A stretch of 64,000 nucleotides of DNA from Candidatus Sulfomarinibacteraceae bacterium (GCA_963823345.1 CAWGLE010000022.1:227656-291655), one strand, 5' to 3'; counted from the stretch's first letter, positions 8,953 through 21,585 are shown. Notes: generated by a model not told the origin, from the sequence alone. Numbers and translations: made by a program.

Positions 8953-9696
8953 TCAGTCGCCCTCCGGCAGGCTGGAGGCGATGACCGCCCGGACCTCGTT
9001 GCTGAGCCGGTTACAGTCCTCGACGGTACATCCCTCCACAGCGACCGGCGGGTGGATGACCAATCGCGCCGACCCCGGCATGAGATCGGAGGTGCCGGCC
9101 GGCAGCACGTCCCGGGTGCCGACGATGGTCAACGGCAAAATCGGCAGCCCGAGATCGAGGGCCATGCGAAAGGCGCCCTTCTTGAACGGCTTCAGCTTCC
9201 CGCTCCGGCTCCGCGTTCCCTCGGGGAAAAAGACCACCGAGGTTCCGTCAACGATCGTGTTTTTGGCCCTCTCGAGAGTGGCCACGGCGGCCGCGTGGTC
9301 GGAACGATCGATGTAGATGTGGCCCAGCCGCTCGCAGGCCACGCCGATCCCCACCACGTTGCGCAGCTCTCTCTTCATGACCCACTTGAAGTCGACCCCG
9401 AGCCACCCGTAGAGAACGAAGATGTCGTACTGGCTCTGGTGGTTCGACACCAACACGTAGGACTGACCGGGATCGATATGCTCGCGGCCCTCGACCTGCA
9501 CCCGCATCGGCGTCACCCAGGCCATGACCCGCGCCCACGGCACCCCTGACAGCCGCGACGCGGTCCGCGGCGTCGTGAAGAACGGAAAGATCGCCCCGAT
9601 CGAGGCGAATATCGCCGTATTCAACGCCAGGACCGGCATGACCACCAGGTACTTGTAGGGTTGATACAGCCACCATGCGAGGTTTCGCTTCCTCAT
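8953..9696 (-). CDS. plsC: 1-acyl-sn-glycerol-3-phosphate acyltransferase
   Basis: Track ORF 8953..9804(-), start moved to Met37 (MRKRNLAWW). Acyltransferase motifs NHQSQYD and FPEGTRS. Confidence 0.85.
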   Translation of the reverse strand: MRKRNLAWWLYQPYKYLVVMPVLALNTAIFASIGAIFPFFTTPRTASRLSGVPWARVMAWVTPMRVQVEGREHIDPGQSYVLVSNHQSQYDIFVLYGWLGVDFKWVMKRELRNVVGIGVACERLGHIYIDRSDHAAAVATLERAKNTIVDGTSVVFFPEGTRSRSGKLKPFKKGAFRMALDLGLPILPLTIVGTRDVLPAGTSDLMPGSARLVIHPPVAVEGCTVEDCNRLSNEVRAVIASSLPEGD

Positions 9697-9805
9697 TGCA
9701 GGGTCATCATATCCAATCTCCGGTCCCACATGCCGGTGTTTTCGCCCGAGAGCGGCGCTTCGGGAATGGTATCCTTCCCCGTCTGCGAGGGATCCCGGAG
9801 GCACT

Positions 9806-11716
9806 GTGAGCGAGCGCTACTACATCACGACGCCGATCTACTACGTCAACGACATGCCCCACATCGGGCATATCTACACGACGGTGATGGCCGACATCTT
9901 CGCCCGCTATCACCGGTTGCGCGGCGCCGACGTCCGATTCCTGACCGGCACCGACGAGCACGGCCAGAAGATCGAAAAGGCGGCCCGCGACCAGGGGATC
10001 GAGCCCATCCAACTCGCCGACCGGGTGGTCGCCCGCTATCACGGTCTGTGGAAGACCTTCAATATCTCCAACGATGATTTCATCCGGACCTCCGAGAGCC
10101 GCCATCAGCGGGCGGTCGACGAGATCATCCGCCGTATCACGGCGGCGGGTGACATCTACAAGGGCGAGTACGAGGGCTGGTATCTGGCGGCCGACGAGGC
10201 TTTCATCCCCGACTCCCAGGTCAAGGACGGCCACGACATCGAGAGCGGGCGGGCGGTCGAGAGGCTCTCCGAGTCCAGCTACTTCTTCCGTCTCTCGGCG
10301 TACCAGGACCGGTTGCTCGAGTGGTACCGCGCCAACCCGGAGTGCATCCGCCCCCGCAGCCGGTACAACGAGGTGGTCAGTTTTGTCGAGGGCGGGCTCC
10401 GCGATCTGTCGATCTCCCGCACCTCGCTCACCTGGGGGGTGCCCTACCCCGACGACGAAGAGCACGTCGTGTATGTGTGGCTCGACGCCCTCACCAACTA
10501 CATCTCGGCCCTCGGGTTCGGCAGCGACGACGAGTCGATGTACGACAGGCACTGGCCCGCAACGATGCACCTCGTCGGCAAGGACATCCTCCGCTTCCAC
10601 TGCGTCTACTGGCCCGCTTTCCTGATGTCGGCCGGGCTGCCGCTGCCCACCCAGATCTTCGGGCACGGATGGTGGTTGCGGGACGACGCCAAGATGTCGA
10701 AGTCCCTCGGCAACGTGGTCCGTCCGGACTACCTCATCGAGCGATTCGGACCGGACGCCCTTCGCTATTTCGTGGCCCGCGAGATGGCCTTCGGCCAGGA
10801 CGCCTCGTTTTCGGACGAAGCGTTCCTCGAGCGCTTCAACGCCGATCTCGCCAACGCCCTCGGCAACACCTCCTCGCGCACCCTCTCGATGACCGGCCGC
10901 TACCTCGAGAGTCTGGTGCCTGCCCGGTCGGACGAAGGGCCGGTGCCGGTGGCCGCCCGGGCGGCCGTGGCCGGTTATCTCGAGCACATGGAGGGCGGCG
11001 AACCGCACCGCGCCCTCGAGGTCGCGTGGCAGCTGCTCAAGGCCATCGACGTCCACATCCAGGAGACTCAGCCGTGGGCCCGGGCCAAGGAGGGCGAGGC
11101 AGGACGATCGTCCCTCGACTCGACCCTCTACGTGTCTCTGGAGGGGCTGCGGATCATCTCGCAGCTGATCGAACCCTTCATGCCGTCGACCGCCCTCCAG
11201 CTGCGACGCCAGATCGGTATCGAAGACGCGCCCCGGAACCTCCGCGCAGCCCTGGAGTGGGGCGGTCTCGCCGAGGGCACCCGGATCGGCACCACCGAAC
11301 CGTTGTTTCCCCGCGTCGACATCGCCGCCTATCTCAAGGAGCTCCAGATGGACACACCGGCTGCGGCCACCGCAAAAGAAAAAGAAGAGGATCTTCTCAG
11401 CATCGACCAGTTCTTCCAGACGAAGTTGGTCGTGGGCACGGTTCGCGAAGCCGAGCCGGTACCGAAGTCGAAGAAACTGGTCCGCCTGTTGGTGGACCTC
11501 GGCGAGCCCCAGCTGCGTCAGCTGGTCGCCGGCATCGGCGAGCGCTACCAGGCAGGAGATCTCGTCGGCCGCCAGATCGTGGTGGTCTCGAACCTCAAAC
11601 CTGCCAAGCTCATGGGGGTCCAGTCGCAGGGGATGCTGCTCGCAGCCAACGTGGAAGGCGCACCGTTCCTGCTCTCACCCGACGCCGAGGTCCCGCCCGG
11701 AACGGTGGTGAGCTAG
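9806..11716 (+). CDS. metG: methionine--tRNA ligase with C-terminal tRNA-binding domain
   Basis: GTG start. HIGH motif (PHIGHIYT) and KMSKS (KMSKSLGN). Trbp111/EMAP-like C-terminus. Confidence 0.95.
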   Translation: MSERYYITTPIYYVNDMPHIGHIYTTVMADIFARYHRLRGADVRFLTGTDEHGQKIEKAARDQGIEPIQLADRVVARYHGLWKTFNISNDDFIRTSESRHQRAVDEIIRRITAAGDIYKGEYEGWYLAADEAFIPDSQVKDGHDIESGRAVERLSESSYFFRLSAYQDRLLEWYRANPECIRPRSRYNEVVSFVEGGLRDLSISRTSLTWGVPYPDDEEHVVYVWLDALTNYISALGFGSDDESMYDRHWPATMHLVGKDILRFHCVYWPAFLMSAGLPLPTQIFGHGWWLRDDAKMSKSLGNVVRPDYLIERFGPDALRYFVAREMAFGQDASFSDEAFLERFNADLANALGNTSSRTLSMTGRYLESLVPARSDEGPVPVAARAAVAGYLEHMEGGEPHRALEVAWQLLKAIDVHIQETQPWARAKEGEAGRSSLDSTLYVSLEGLRIISQLIEPFMPSTALQLRRQIGIEDAPRNLRAALEWGGLAEGTRIGTTEPLFPRVDIAAYLKELQMDTPAAATAKEKEEDLLSIDQFFQTKLVVGTVREAEPVPKSKKLVRLLVDLGEPQLRQLVAGIGERYQAGDLVGRQIVVVSNLKPAKLMGVQSQGMLLAANVEGAPFLLSPDAEVPPGTVVS

Positions 11717-11792
11717 CTCGAGTGACTCGCTTTTTCTGAGATTCCCCGACACTCTTGATCAGATCTGAACGCCTTGGCGTTCCTCGATGTGT

Positions 11793-12066
11793 CTGTCCCG
11801 ACCGAGGCAGCGAAACCACGTCATTCCCTGTCATCCCGACCGAGGCAGCGAAACCACTTCATTTCCTGTCATCCCGACCGAGGCAGCGAAGCCACTTCAT
11901 TTCCTGTCATCCCGACCGAGGCAGCGAAGCCACTTCATTTCCTGTCATCCCGACCGAGGGAGCGAAGCGACTGAGCGGAGGGATCTGGGGGGTGGTTTCA
12001 GGAACGCCACTGCCTGCAACCCCCACCCAGATCCCTCGGCTCGCTGTGCTCGCTCGGGATGACATT
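11793..12066. repeat. 38-bp tandem repeat (about 5 units) ending in an imperfect inverted repeat
   Basis: Unit ctgtcatcccgaccgaggcagcgaagccacttcatttc starts at 11828, 11866 and 11904 (partial at 11793, divergent at 11942). The inverted partner cccagatccctcggctcgctgtgctcgctcgggatgaca lies at about 12022-12064. Confidence 0.85.
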
Positions 12067-12099
12067 TTGTGATTCGAGGCTCCCGGGACCGTATGCAGG

Positions 12100-12600
12100 C
12101 TAACGCATGCGTTCGTAGATCTCGAACGTGCACGCGTGAGTGTTCTTCTCGTCCGCTGCGTGGTGCTCCGAGGACACCAGCTCCCAGTCGTCAAAGTCGA
12201 TCTCGGGGAGAAAAGTGTCCCCCTCGACCTCGGCGTGAACGCGGGTGAGGTAGAGCCTCTCCACCAGCTTCTGAGCCAGAGCCATCCGGTAAATGTGGGC
12301 GCCGCCGCCGATGAACGGCTCCTCGTCGTTCCTCGAAACCTCGAGCGCCTCCTCCAACGAGTGCACCACCGTCGCCCCGGCGGCCGTGAACCGGAGACTG
12401 CGGGTGACCACCACCATCGTTCGTCCTGGCAACGGCTTGCCGACCTCATCCCAGGTGCGGCGGCCGATGATCAGGTGGTGGCCCATGGTCGTGGATTTGA
12501 AGTGCCTGAGGTCCCGGGGCAGGTGCCACGGGAGGCCGCCGTCGCGGCCGATGACCGCGTTGTCGGAAACCGCGACAATCAACGAGACCGTCATCGTCAC
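12100..12600 (-). CDS. folA: dihydrofolate reductase
   Basis: [32 protein letters not shown] start overlaps the thyA stop (GTGA). Confidence 0.9.
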   Translation of the reverse strand: MTMTVSLIVAVSDNAVIGRDGGLPWHLPRDLRHFKSTTMGHHLIIGRRTWDEVGKPLPGRTMVVVTRSLRFTAAGATVVHSLEEALEVSRNDEEPFIGGGAHIYRMALAQKLVERLYLTRVHAEVEGDTFLPEIDFDDWELVSSEHHAADEKNTHACTFEIYERMR

Positions 12601-13391
12601 ACGGCGATCGGCGCCTTGATGGCGGGGTGCGGGTCGTAGCCATCGAGCCGAATGTCTTCAAACCGGAATGCGAAGATCGAATCCACAACCGGATTCAGAT
12701 ACAGGGTCGGCAGTCGTCGCGGCTCCCGGGCGAGTTGTGTCTCAGCCTGTTCGACGTGGTTGAGGTAGAGGTGGACGTCGCCGAACGTGTGAATGAACTC
12801 CCGCGCTTCCAGACCACAGACCTGCGCCACCATCATGGTCAACATCGCATAGGACGCGATATTGAAGGGCACACCGAGAAAGACATCGGCGCTTCGCTGG
12901 TAGAGCTGGCAGGAGAGACCACCTTCGGCCACCCAGAACTGAAACAGACAGTGGCACGGCGGCAGGGCCATCCTGTCGATGTCTGCCACGTTCCACGCCG
13001 AGACGATGTGGCGCCGCGAATCGGGATCGTGGCGGATGCCGTCGATCAGCCTCGAAACCTGGTCGATGCTCCCCCCGTCGGGCGTCGGCCACGACCGCCA
13101 CTGAGAACCGTAGATCGGCCCGAGGTCACCCTCACCGTCCGCCCACTCGTCCCAGATGGTGACCTTGTTGTCGTGGAGGTAGCGGAGGTTGGTGTCGCCG
13201 GCGAGAAACCACAGGAGCTCGTGGATGATCGACCGTAGGTGGAGCTTCTTGGTCGTCAGGGCGGGGAAACCGCGGCGGAGATCGAACCGCATCTGATAGC
13301 CGAACGCGCTCAAGGTGCCGGTGCCCGTCCGATCCGATTTCGTGACGCCGTTTTCGAGGACGTGGCTCAGGAGGCCCAGATACTGCTTCAC
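12597..13391 (-). CDS. thyA: thymidylate synthase
   Basis: Track ORF 12597..13508(-), start moved to GTG ([15 protein letters not shown]), giving 264 aa. Catalytic PPCHCLFQF. Start overlaps the kdsC stop (GTGA). Confidence 0.95.
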   Translation of the reverse strand: MKQYLGLLSHVLENGVTKSDRTGTGTLSAFGYQMRFDLRRGFPALTTKKLHLRSIIHELLWFLAGDTNLRYLHDNKVTIWDEWADGEGDLGPIYGSQWRSWPTPDGGSIDQVSRLIDGIRHDPDSRRHIVSAWNVADIDRMALPPCHCLFQFWVAEGGLSCQLYQRSADVFLGVPFNIASYAMLTMMVAQVCGLEAREFIHTFGDVHLYLNHVEQAETQLAREPRRLPTLYLNPVVDSIFAFRFEDIRLDGYDPHPAIKAPIAV

Positions 13392-13951
13392 GAACGCGGC
13401 GTCCCCTGGCTGACCCAGCGGCCGACCACATCCATCCACTTGCCCTGAACCTTGAGGATCAGCTCGGCGAACTCGCGGACAGCGCCGACACCACCGTTGG
13501 CGCCGCACACCAGATCGCAGACAGCCAACACCTCCGGCGTCGCGTCCGCCGGGCAGGCGGTGAAGACCGCACGCTCCAGCAGCGGCAGGTCGGGGAGGTC
13601 GTCGCCCATCGCCGCGACCTCGAGATCCACGATGTCCAGCAGTTCTTCGATCCGTTCGAGGTCGGCGACCTTGTCCTTCGAGCCGAGGATGATCAGTTCG
13701 GACCGGATGCCGAGCTCGCTGCAGCGCGCGGCAACCGCCTCACTCGACCGTCCTGAAATGACGGCCACTTGAACGCCCGCCTCGAGCAGGAGGCGGATCC
13801 CGAGCCCGTCACGGACCGAGAAGGTCTTCTGCTCTTCACCACGGCTGCTGTACGTCAGGCTGCCGTCGGTCAGCACTCCGTCCACGTCCAGAACCAACAG
13901 CCGGACAGGTTCGAGGCGGTGGCGGATCTCGGTGGGAACTCGACTCGGCAT
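13388..13951 (-). CDS. kdsC: 3-deoxy-D-manno-octulosonate 8-phosphate phosphatase (HAD, YrbI family)
   Basis: HAD motif [12 protein letters not shown]; [10 protein letters not shown]; typical length. Confidence 0.8.
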   Translation of the reverse strand: MPSRVPTEIRHRLEPVRLLVLDVDGVLTDGSLTYSSRGEEQKTFSVRDGLGIRLLLEAGVQVAVISGRSSEAVAARCSELGIRSELIILGSKDKVADLERIEELLDIVDLEVAAMGDDLPDLPLLERAVFTACPADATPEVLAVCDLVCGANGGVGAVREFAELILKVQGKWMDVVGRWVSQGTPRS

Positions 13952-13975
13952 GGCGTCATGCTAGCAGAACGCTCA

Positions 13976-14087
13976 GAGTTCTCAGTTTTGAGTTTTGAAT
14001 TTTGAATTTTGAATTCCCACCCACCCCCCCACCGACGGGAATGTCCAAGTGCTCAGGTTCGGCGGAACCGCGTACGGCGGAGGTGCC
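13976..14087 (+). repeat. composite intergenic element, truncated copy C
   Basis: Octamer array (ttttgaat-type) at 13976-14016, C-tract cccacccacccccccaccga, box ccgcgtacggcggaggtgcc at 14068-14087. Confidence 0.75.
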
Positions 14088-14100
14088 GGCGAAGGGCTCC

Positions 14101-16956
14101 TCAGAACGCCAATCGCACGACGATCGGATCGTGGTCGCTGGCGCGATCGGTCGCCGGGAAATCGGCATTGACGTGGACGATGTCGATCTCGGCGCCGTCA
14201 TCCAGCGCCCCGCTGACCAGCACGTGATCGAGGACTTGCGAATTGCCCTGGTAGACGTACGTGTATCGCTGTTCCCTCGGAACGCTCATCACGAGGTCGG
14301 TGAGACCGGCCGCCATGAGGGACCTCAAGGGCTCCGTGTTTTCGAAGTCGTTGAAATCGCCCAGCACGATCACACCGGTCGTCGGATCCGCGGCCGCGAC
14401 CTGCTCGACAAACCGGGCCAGCGCCTCGGCCTGCTCTGTGCGGCGCTCCGTGGATCCGGTCTGCGGCGGCTGGCGGCGGCCGAATATCGGGTCGTCGCCG
14501 CCCTTCGACACCAGGTGAACGTTGACGACCACCAGCCGCCGCCCGTTGAACCGGAATTTCCCGGCCAGCGGTTTGCGGCTGCCGGCCCCTTCCTCCGCTC
14601 CGGCCGTGAAGGCGCGGTTCAGCGGATCCACCAGCCCCGGGCTGCAGCTCAGGATCGGGTCGGCGGCGACCGCCACCGCGGCGTCGGGTCCGCACCCGGA
14701 CCGGTCGACAAAATCGACCCGCGCCGGGTTGAACAGCAGGACGGTGCGGATATTCGCGCCGGGCTGTCCGCCGTCCGCGCTGTCGGCCGGGTCGACGGAT
14801 CGCCAGTGGTATCGAACGCCGCCCGCCCGCTCGATTGCTTCCACCAGGCGGGTCAACGTCAGATTCGCCGAAACCGTGCCGTCATCTGCGGGCCCGGTGT
14901 CGTCCTGCACCTCCTGCACGGCGAGGATGTCAGGGTTGGCGAGGCTGCCGGCGATGATCCGGGCGAGGCTCGCGAATTTTTCGGCCTCCGACCCGGCCCA
15001 CACGTTCTCGAGGTTCATGGTGGCAACCGTCAGGTGGACCCCGTCACCCGCCAACGCGGTGCGATCGGGCTCCCTGAAACCAGGGTTGACAACCTGTAAA
15101 TTCTCTGTATTGAGTATCTTGTAACTACCGTAGGTGAAGTGGAGGATTCCATCCACCGGTCCTTCCAACCGGTCGCCAACGGCCAGCTGCGGCGGGTTGG
15201 GCACCAGGGCGTCGTCGATCACCACACGCTCGGGGTGGACGTTGCAGGGGGTCAAGCGGAGTCCGCCTCGCGCCGTCCACGGCGCCGAGCCGTGTCCGCC
15301 GTCTCCGACCACCACCGCTTCACCGTGGCCGGAGGTCGGACCAACGACCACCGGTTCTTCGACCCGCACCCGCATGCCCTCGAGCGTCTCGAACGCATCG
15401 GCCGCGTATCGGGACGGGTCGAACACCCGCAGCTGCCGCGAGGCCACCTCGCCGCGCGGGATCGGAACTCCACCCTCACCGATCACGACCGCATCCGGCA
15501 GCGCGAGGTCGTGCCCCGCAAACTCGAGATGGGAGGCCACGATTCTGGTCACCGGCAGCTCGAGGCCCCACGAACGCTCCTCGACCCGGCCGTCGAGACG
15601 CACGAGATCGCCGACTGCAACCGCTGCGGTGCCCTCGAGGGCCGTCACCAGAACGCCCTCGGAGGTCGAAGCATCGTCGTCGCTCGCAAGCCCCTGGATC
15701 CAGAAGGCCTGGCCCTTTCGCTGACCGAGAATGGCGGTGACGACGCCTTCAACACCGACCACGCACCGGCCGGCAAAGGGTGAGAAATGACCTGCGCCCT
15801 GGATATCGTGCACCTTCGGCCTGGATGCTTCCGCGACCGGGCCCGCCACGCCCGATACCGCGAAGAGCAAGACCTGGTTGTCCTGGACCGACGGCTGGAA
15901 GTTGTTGTCCGCCATCAGCACCAGCTGGCGGCGGCCGTCGGGCAGCGCGGGACCGAATGTGACGCTCTCCAGGTTGTCCGGTGCGACCCCGAAGTCGGCG
16001 AGATCGGCGACGAGGACCTTGGTCACCGGCCGCGGCGGGTCGGCGCCGGCACCAGCGACCGCCACCACACCGTGGATATCGGTGGCACCCTCGAGGTCGA
16101 CGAGAAAAAGCCGGCAGCGGTTGCCGACGCCGGCCGAAAAGGAACGTTCGAGCACCAGCAGGTGGGTGCGGTCGAGAGCGACGATCTCCGAGATCCCGTT
16201 GGTGCGGAAGGCGCCGGCAGGGCGCGGTGCGTCGGGCACCGGTTCGACGAGGTACAGATACTCGGCCGACGGCACGCCCCGGGCGAGATCGAACACGAGC
16301 AGGCGGGACGGGCTCCCGGTCTCGAGGTCGGTCGCCGGTCCATCCTGGAGCAGGGCGTTTTCGGTTGCGGCAAAGAGCAGCGTCCCGTCGGGGGAGAGGG
16401 CGAGCCCCTCGAAGCCGAGGTTGTCGCGGACCCCCCGCAGACCGGAGGCGTCGGGCAGGTAGGCGTCGGGCACCGGAAGGGTGCCGTGCAGCGATCCGTC
16501 GAGACCGAATATCGCCACCGCCGGATCGACCCCTCGGTGGGGCACTCCCTCGGTCGCGAGGTAGAGCGTTCCATCGAGGGCGAGAGCGATGGCCTCCGGG
16601 TCCAGGTTGCCGTCGCTGAAGGGTCCGCCGTCGGCGTCGAGGAGGACCGTCGCTGCAAGGACCTCGACCGCGACTTCGCCGTCCTGCACCGCCACTCGCA
16701 GGGTAAAAAAGCGCGGCAACCCGAAGGACCCGCGATCATCGGAGAGGGCGTAGTAGAGGTCGCACCCCGGATCGTAGGCCAGCCCGGAAAGACCTCCGAC
16801 CCGGGTGCGGTCAACCTCGAGATCGCCGGGAATAACGGTCTTCCCCAGGAGCTGGAGCTCGACTACACCGGCGGCAGGGGCCAGGGACGCGGCGAGGCAG
16901 ACCATCGCTCCGAGGACGAGTTTTTCGAAGGCGAGGGGCCTCACTCGAAGGCCCAC
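14101..16956 (-). CDS. secreted ExeM/NucH-type extracellular endonuclease (EEP domain) fused to an N-terminal phytase-like esterase domain
   Basis: Signal peptide. N-terminal GLSGLAYDP / FEGLALSPDG / NGISEIVAL phytase-like motifs. VHDIQGAGHFSPFAG...GVVTA ExeM/NucH hallmark. C-terminal EEP fold (ILAVQEV...DHDPIVVRLAF). An alternative GTG at 16944 gives a GTGA overlap with the upstream gene. Confidence 0.75.
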   Translation of the reverse strand: MGLRVRPLAFEKLVLGAMVCLAASLAPAAGVVELQLLGKTVIPGDLEVDRTRVGGLSGLAYDPGCDLYYALSDDRGSFGLPRFFTLRVAVQDGEVAVEVLAATVLLDADGGPFSDGNLDPEAIALALDGTLYLATEGVPHRGVDPAVAIFGLDGSLHGTLPVPDAYLPDASGLRGVRDNLGFEGLALSPDGTLLFAATENALLQDGPATDLETGSPSRLLVFDLARGVPSAEYLYLVEPVPDAPRPAGAFRTNGISEIVALDRTHLLVLERSFSAGVGNRCRLFLVDLEGATDIHGVVAVAGAGADPPRPVTKVLVADLADFGVAPDNLESVTFGPALPDGRRQLVLMADNNFQPSVQDNQVLLFAVSGVAGPVAEASRPKVHDIQGAGHFSPFAGRCVVGVEGVVTAILGQRKGQAFWIQGLASDDDASTSEGVLVTALEGTAAVAVGDLVRLDGRVEERSWGLELPVTRIVASHLEFAGHDLALPDAVVIGEGGVPIPRGEVASRQLRVFDPSRYAADAFETLEGMRVRVEEPVVVGPTSGHGEAVVVGDGGHGSAPWTARGGLRLTPCNVHPERVVIDDALVPNPPQLAVGDRLEGPVDGILHFTYGSYKILNTENLQVVNPGFREPDRTALAGDGVHLTVATMNLENVWAGSEAEKFASLARIIAGSLANPDILAVQEVQDDTGPADDGTVSANLTLTRLVEAIERAGGVRYHWRSVDPADSADGGQPGANIRTVLLFNPARVDFVDRSGCGPDAAVAVAADPILSCSPGLVDPLNRAFTAGAEEGAGSRKPLAGKFRFNGRRLVVVNVHLVSKGGDDPIFGRRQPPQTGSTERRTEQAEALARFVEQVAAADPTTGVIVLGDFNDFENTEPLRSLMAAGLTDLVMSVPREQRYTYVYQGNSQVLDHVLVSGALDDGAEIDIVHVNADFPATDRASDHDPIVVRLAF

Positions 16957-17519
16957 TCCAGCTTGTCGAGCATCTTCTTCTCGGCCGCGGAGATCGCGGC
17001 GACGCCGAGGAAACCGCCCGCGGCCTCCGCGATCGCCCTGGCGCGACCGATGACCGAACTCTTCATGTGGGCGAGCGCACTGTCGCCCACGGACTTCTTG
17101 AGCTCGGCGATATAGCTCTCCCAGATTTCGAGGAGGAGGGGGTCGGGAGGCGTCTGAAGCCAGTTCCTGAGGAGTTGAGCGGTCGGGCTGTCCTCATCGA
17201 CGCCCCGGTCGACGGCGGCCTTGATGATGGCGTCACGTTCTTTGGGCTGGATCTCACCGTCCGCCCACGCCACCTCGACCAGCGGCACCAGGGTGAAGGC
17301 AACCAGAGTCTCCGGTTCGACCTCGAGATCCACCAGGGCGTCAAGAAACTCGTCATTGTCGATGTTGAGGTACTCGCGGAACTCCTTCTTCTTGTTCTCG
17401 CGCGCGGACGCAGCGCGAAGCTCCTTGAGGATCCGCTCGTTCTCCTTGGCAAAGAAACTGTCCTCGAGTGCACGAGCAGTTTCTTTGAGACCCTTGACCT
17501 TGTCGCTGTGTTTGAGCAT
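16941..17519 (-). CDS. TerB-like (tellurite-resistance TerB / DjlA N-domain fold) protein
   Basis: 192 aa. Coiled-coil N-terminus, then [22 protein letters not shown], typical of TerB-family repeats. The assignment is tentative. Confidence 0.55.
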   Translation of the reverse strand: MLKHSDKVKGLKETARALEDSFFAKENERILKELRAASARENKKKEFREYLNIDNDEFLDALVDLEVEPETLVAFTLVPLVEVAWADGEIQPKERDAIIKAAVDRGVDEDSPTAQLLRNWLQTPPDPLLLEIWESYIAELKKSVGDSALAHMKSSVIGRARAIAEAAGGFLGVAAISAAEKKMLDKLEWAFE

Positions 17520-17584
17520 CTGCGTCTCCTTCTGCAGTCGACTTTCGAGCGGCCCGTCTCGCCGCCGCCAGCGATTATGCCACG

Positions 17585-17625
17585 ATCTCTCCCCTCGGGC
17601 ACCGCTGGTGCCCGAGGGGAGAGAT
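17585..17625. promoter_or_regulatory. perfect 19-bp inverted repeat (3-nt spacer) in the TerB-like/leuS divergent region
   Basis: atctctcccctcgggcacc gct ggtgcccgaggggagagat. It is followed by TAGAAT and lies about 50 nt upstream of the leuS ATG. Confidence 0.4.
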
Positions 17626-17674
17626 GCGTAGAATACGCCGGGTCCGTCGCCTGAACGGATCTCGAGGAGATCGC

Positions 17675-20243
<2,569 letters not shown>

Positions 20244-20246
<3 letters not shown>

Positions 20247-20278
20247 ATTTTGAATATTGAATTCTGAATTTTGAATTC
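20244..20278. repeat. AT-rich tandem array (tgaatttt-type, 7-8 nt period) plus C-tract
   Basis: tgaattttgaatattgaattctgaattttgaattc followed by ccgcccttcctccccc. Confidence 0.8.
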
Positions 20279-20334
20279 CCGCCCTTCCTCCCCCGTTTCA
20301 GTGAATGGGGGTCGTCAGGTGGCGGCTGGGGTTG

Positions 20335-21585
20335 TCAAGGGTCGATTGAGAGGCTTCGCGAACGAAAGGTCTCGGAGGCATTGATGACCCGGTCCTCGGG
20401 GGTGGTGTGGCGTGTGTACAGACCAACGGCCGAGGTGGCCAGGACCTCGACCAACACAAGCACGAGGACCACTCGTGCGGCTCTACGATGGGGCCCCTCC
20501 ACCGCGCATCTCCACAACGAGGTCACCGCCAGGGCCAGTGCGATCACCACCGCCGGGAGGAGCGGGTACTGCCAGTAGTGGTGCTGCCAGGCGCCCCAGT
20601 TGAAGAGGACGAGGTATCCGAGGGCGGCGGCGAGGAAGACCCCGCCGATCTCCTCGACCGGGCGCAATCGAACCTTCCCCGCGATCCCGCGCGCGATCCG
20701 CACCGCCATCCACGCGAGCGCCAGAGTTCCCGACAGCGTGGCCAGCCGGCGCGAGAAGCCGAACATCTTGCGAGTCCACTCGATGGCGCCGTAGTCCTGA
20801 CCGGCGCCGAGACGGCGCGAGAAGATCCCCGCCAGGTCCGAGAGATCGCCGCCCCGCACCCAGGCGATGTGCGCCACGTCCACGGCGAACAGCGATGCCC
20901 CCATCCCCGTCAACAGGGCAAGCGTTCGTCCCGCTGCGGGATAGAGCTGCGGCCGGCGAATCGAGAGGGCGGCGTGGACGGCGCACGCTGCGATGGCGAA
21001 GAATGTTACCCACGCCAACAACGCGCCGACCACCGCCGCCGCTGCCAGCCCGGACGCCGCGCGCGAGCCGCCGCCGCGTGCGGTCGCGAAGTAACGATCG
21101 ACCAGGAGCACGATCGCGGGCAACGCCAGCACTTCGTGGTTGACCATACGGCCGTAAAACGCCGCCTGCGGCAGGATCGCGAAGGCCGTCGCGGCCACCA
21201 GGGCCGCCGCGGCGCCCTCCTCTCGACGCACCAACCGCCACACGAAGGCCAGCGTCAGCAGAGTCGCCGCGATCGCGACGCTGCGCACCACCGCGGGCCG
21301 GTCGCTGCCGGTGATCGCGAACGCCCCGGCCAACAGCAGACCGCAACCCGGCGGGTGGTGGGCGTAAAACGCCACCCGGCCGTTGCCGGGGTTGACAAAG
21401 GCGTCCTGCGCCCTGGTGACGCCGAAACCCGCACCCAGGTGGTCACGGGCGAAAGCGGCGTGCATCGCGTTGTTGTCTTCGTGCTTGAGCCGGTAGTCCC
21501 GGGTCACCCCGATCGAGAGGACGGCCAGCGCGACCACCGCAATCGGAAGAACGCACCACCTGCTGTCGAGGACATTACGGGTCAT
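20335..21585 (-). CDS. polytopic membrane glycosyltransferase, GT39/ArnT(PMT)-like
   Basis: Track ORF 20335..21939(-), start moved to MTRNVLDSRW. Multiple TM helices. DNNAMHA..FYAHHPPG loop resembles ArnT/PMT_2 family proteins. Confidence 0.65.
   Translation of the reverse strand: MTRNVLDSRWCVLPIAVVALAVLSIGVTRDYRLKHEDNNAMHAAFARDHLGAGFGVTRAQDAFVNPGNGRVAFYAHHPPGCGLLLAGAFAITGSDRPAVVRSVAIAATLLTLAFVWRLVRREEGAAAALVAATAFAILPQAAFYGRMVNHEVLALPAIVLLVDRYFATARGGGSRAASGLAAAAVVGALLAWVTFFAIAACAVHAALSIRRPQLYPAAGRTLALLTGMGASLFAVDVAHIAWVRGGDLSDLAGIFSRRLGAGQDYGAIEWTRKMFGFSRRLATLSGTLALAWMAVRIARGIAGKVRLRPVEEIGGVFLAAALGYLVLFNWGAWQHHYWQYPLLPAVVIALALAVTSLWRCAVEGPHRRAARVVLVLVLVEVLATSAVGLYTRHTTPEDRVINASETFRSRSLSIDP

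Noticed and set aside
11793-11979. CRISPR array
   Set aside because: The 38-bp units are directly contiguous with no unique spacers. The 15-nt segment between conserved cores is itself repeated. No cas genes are present.
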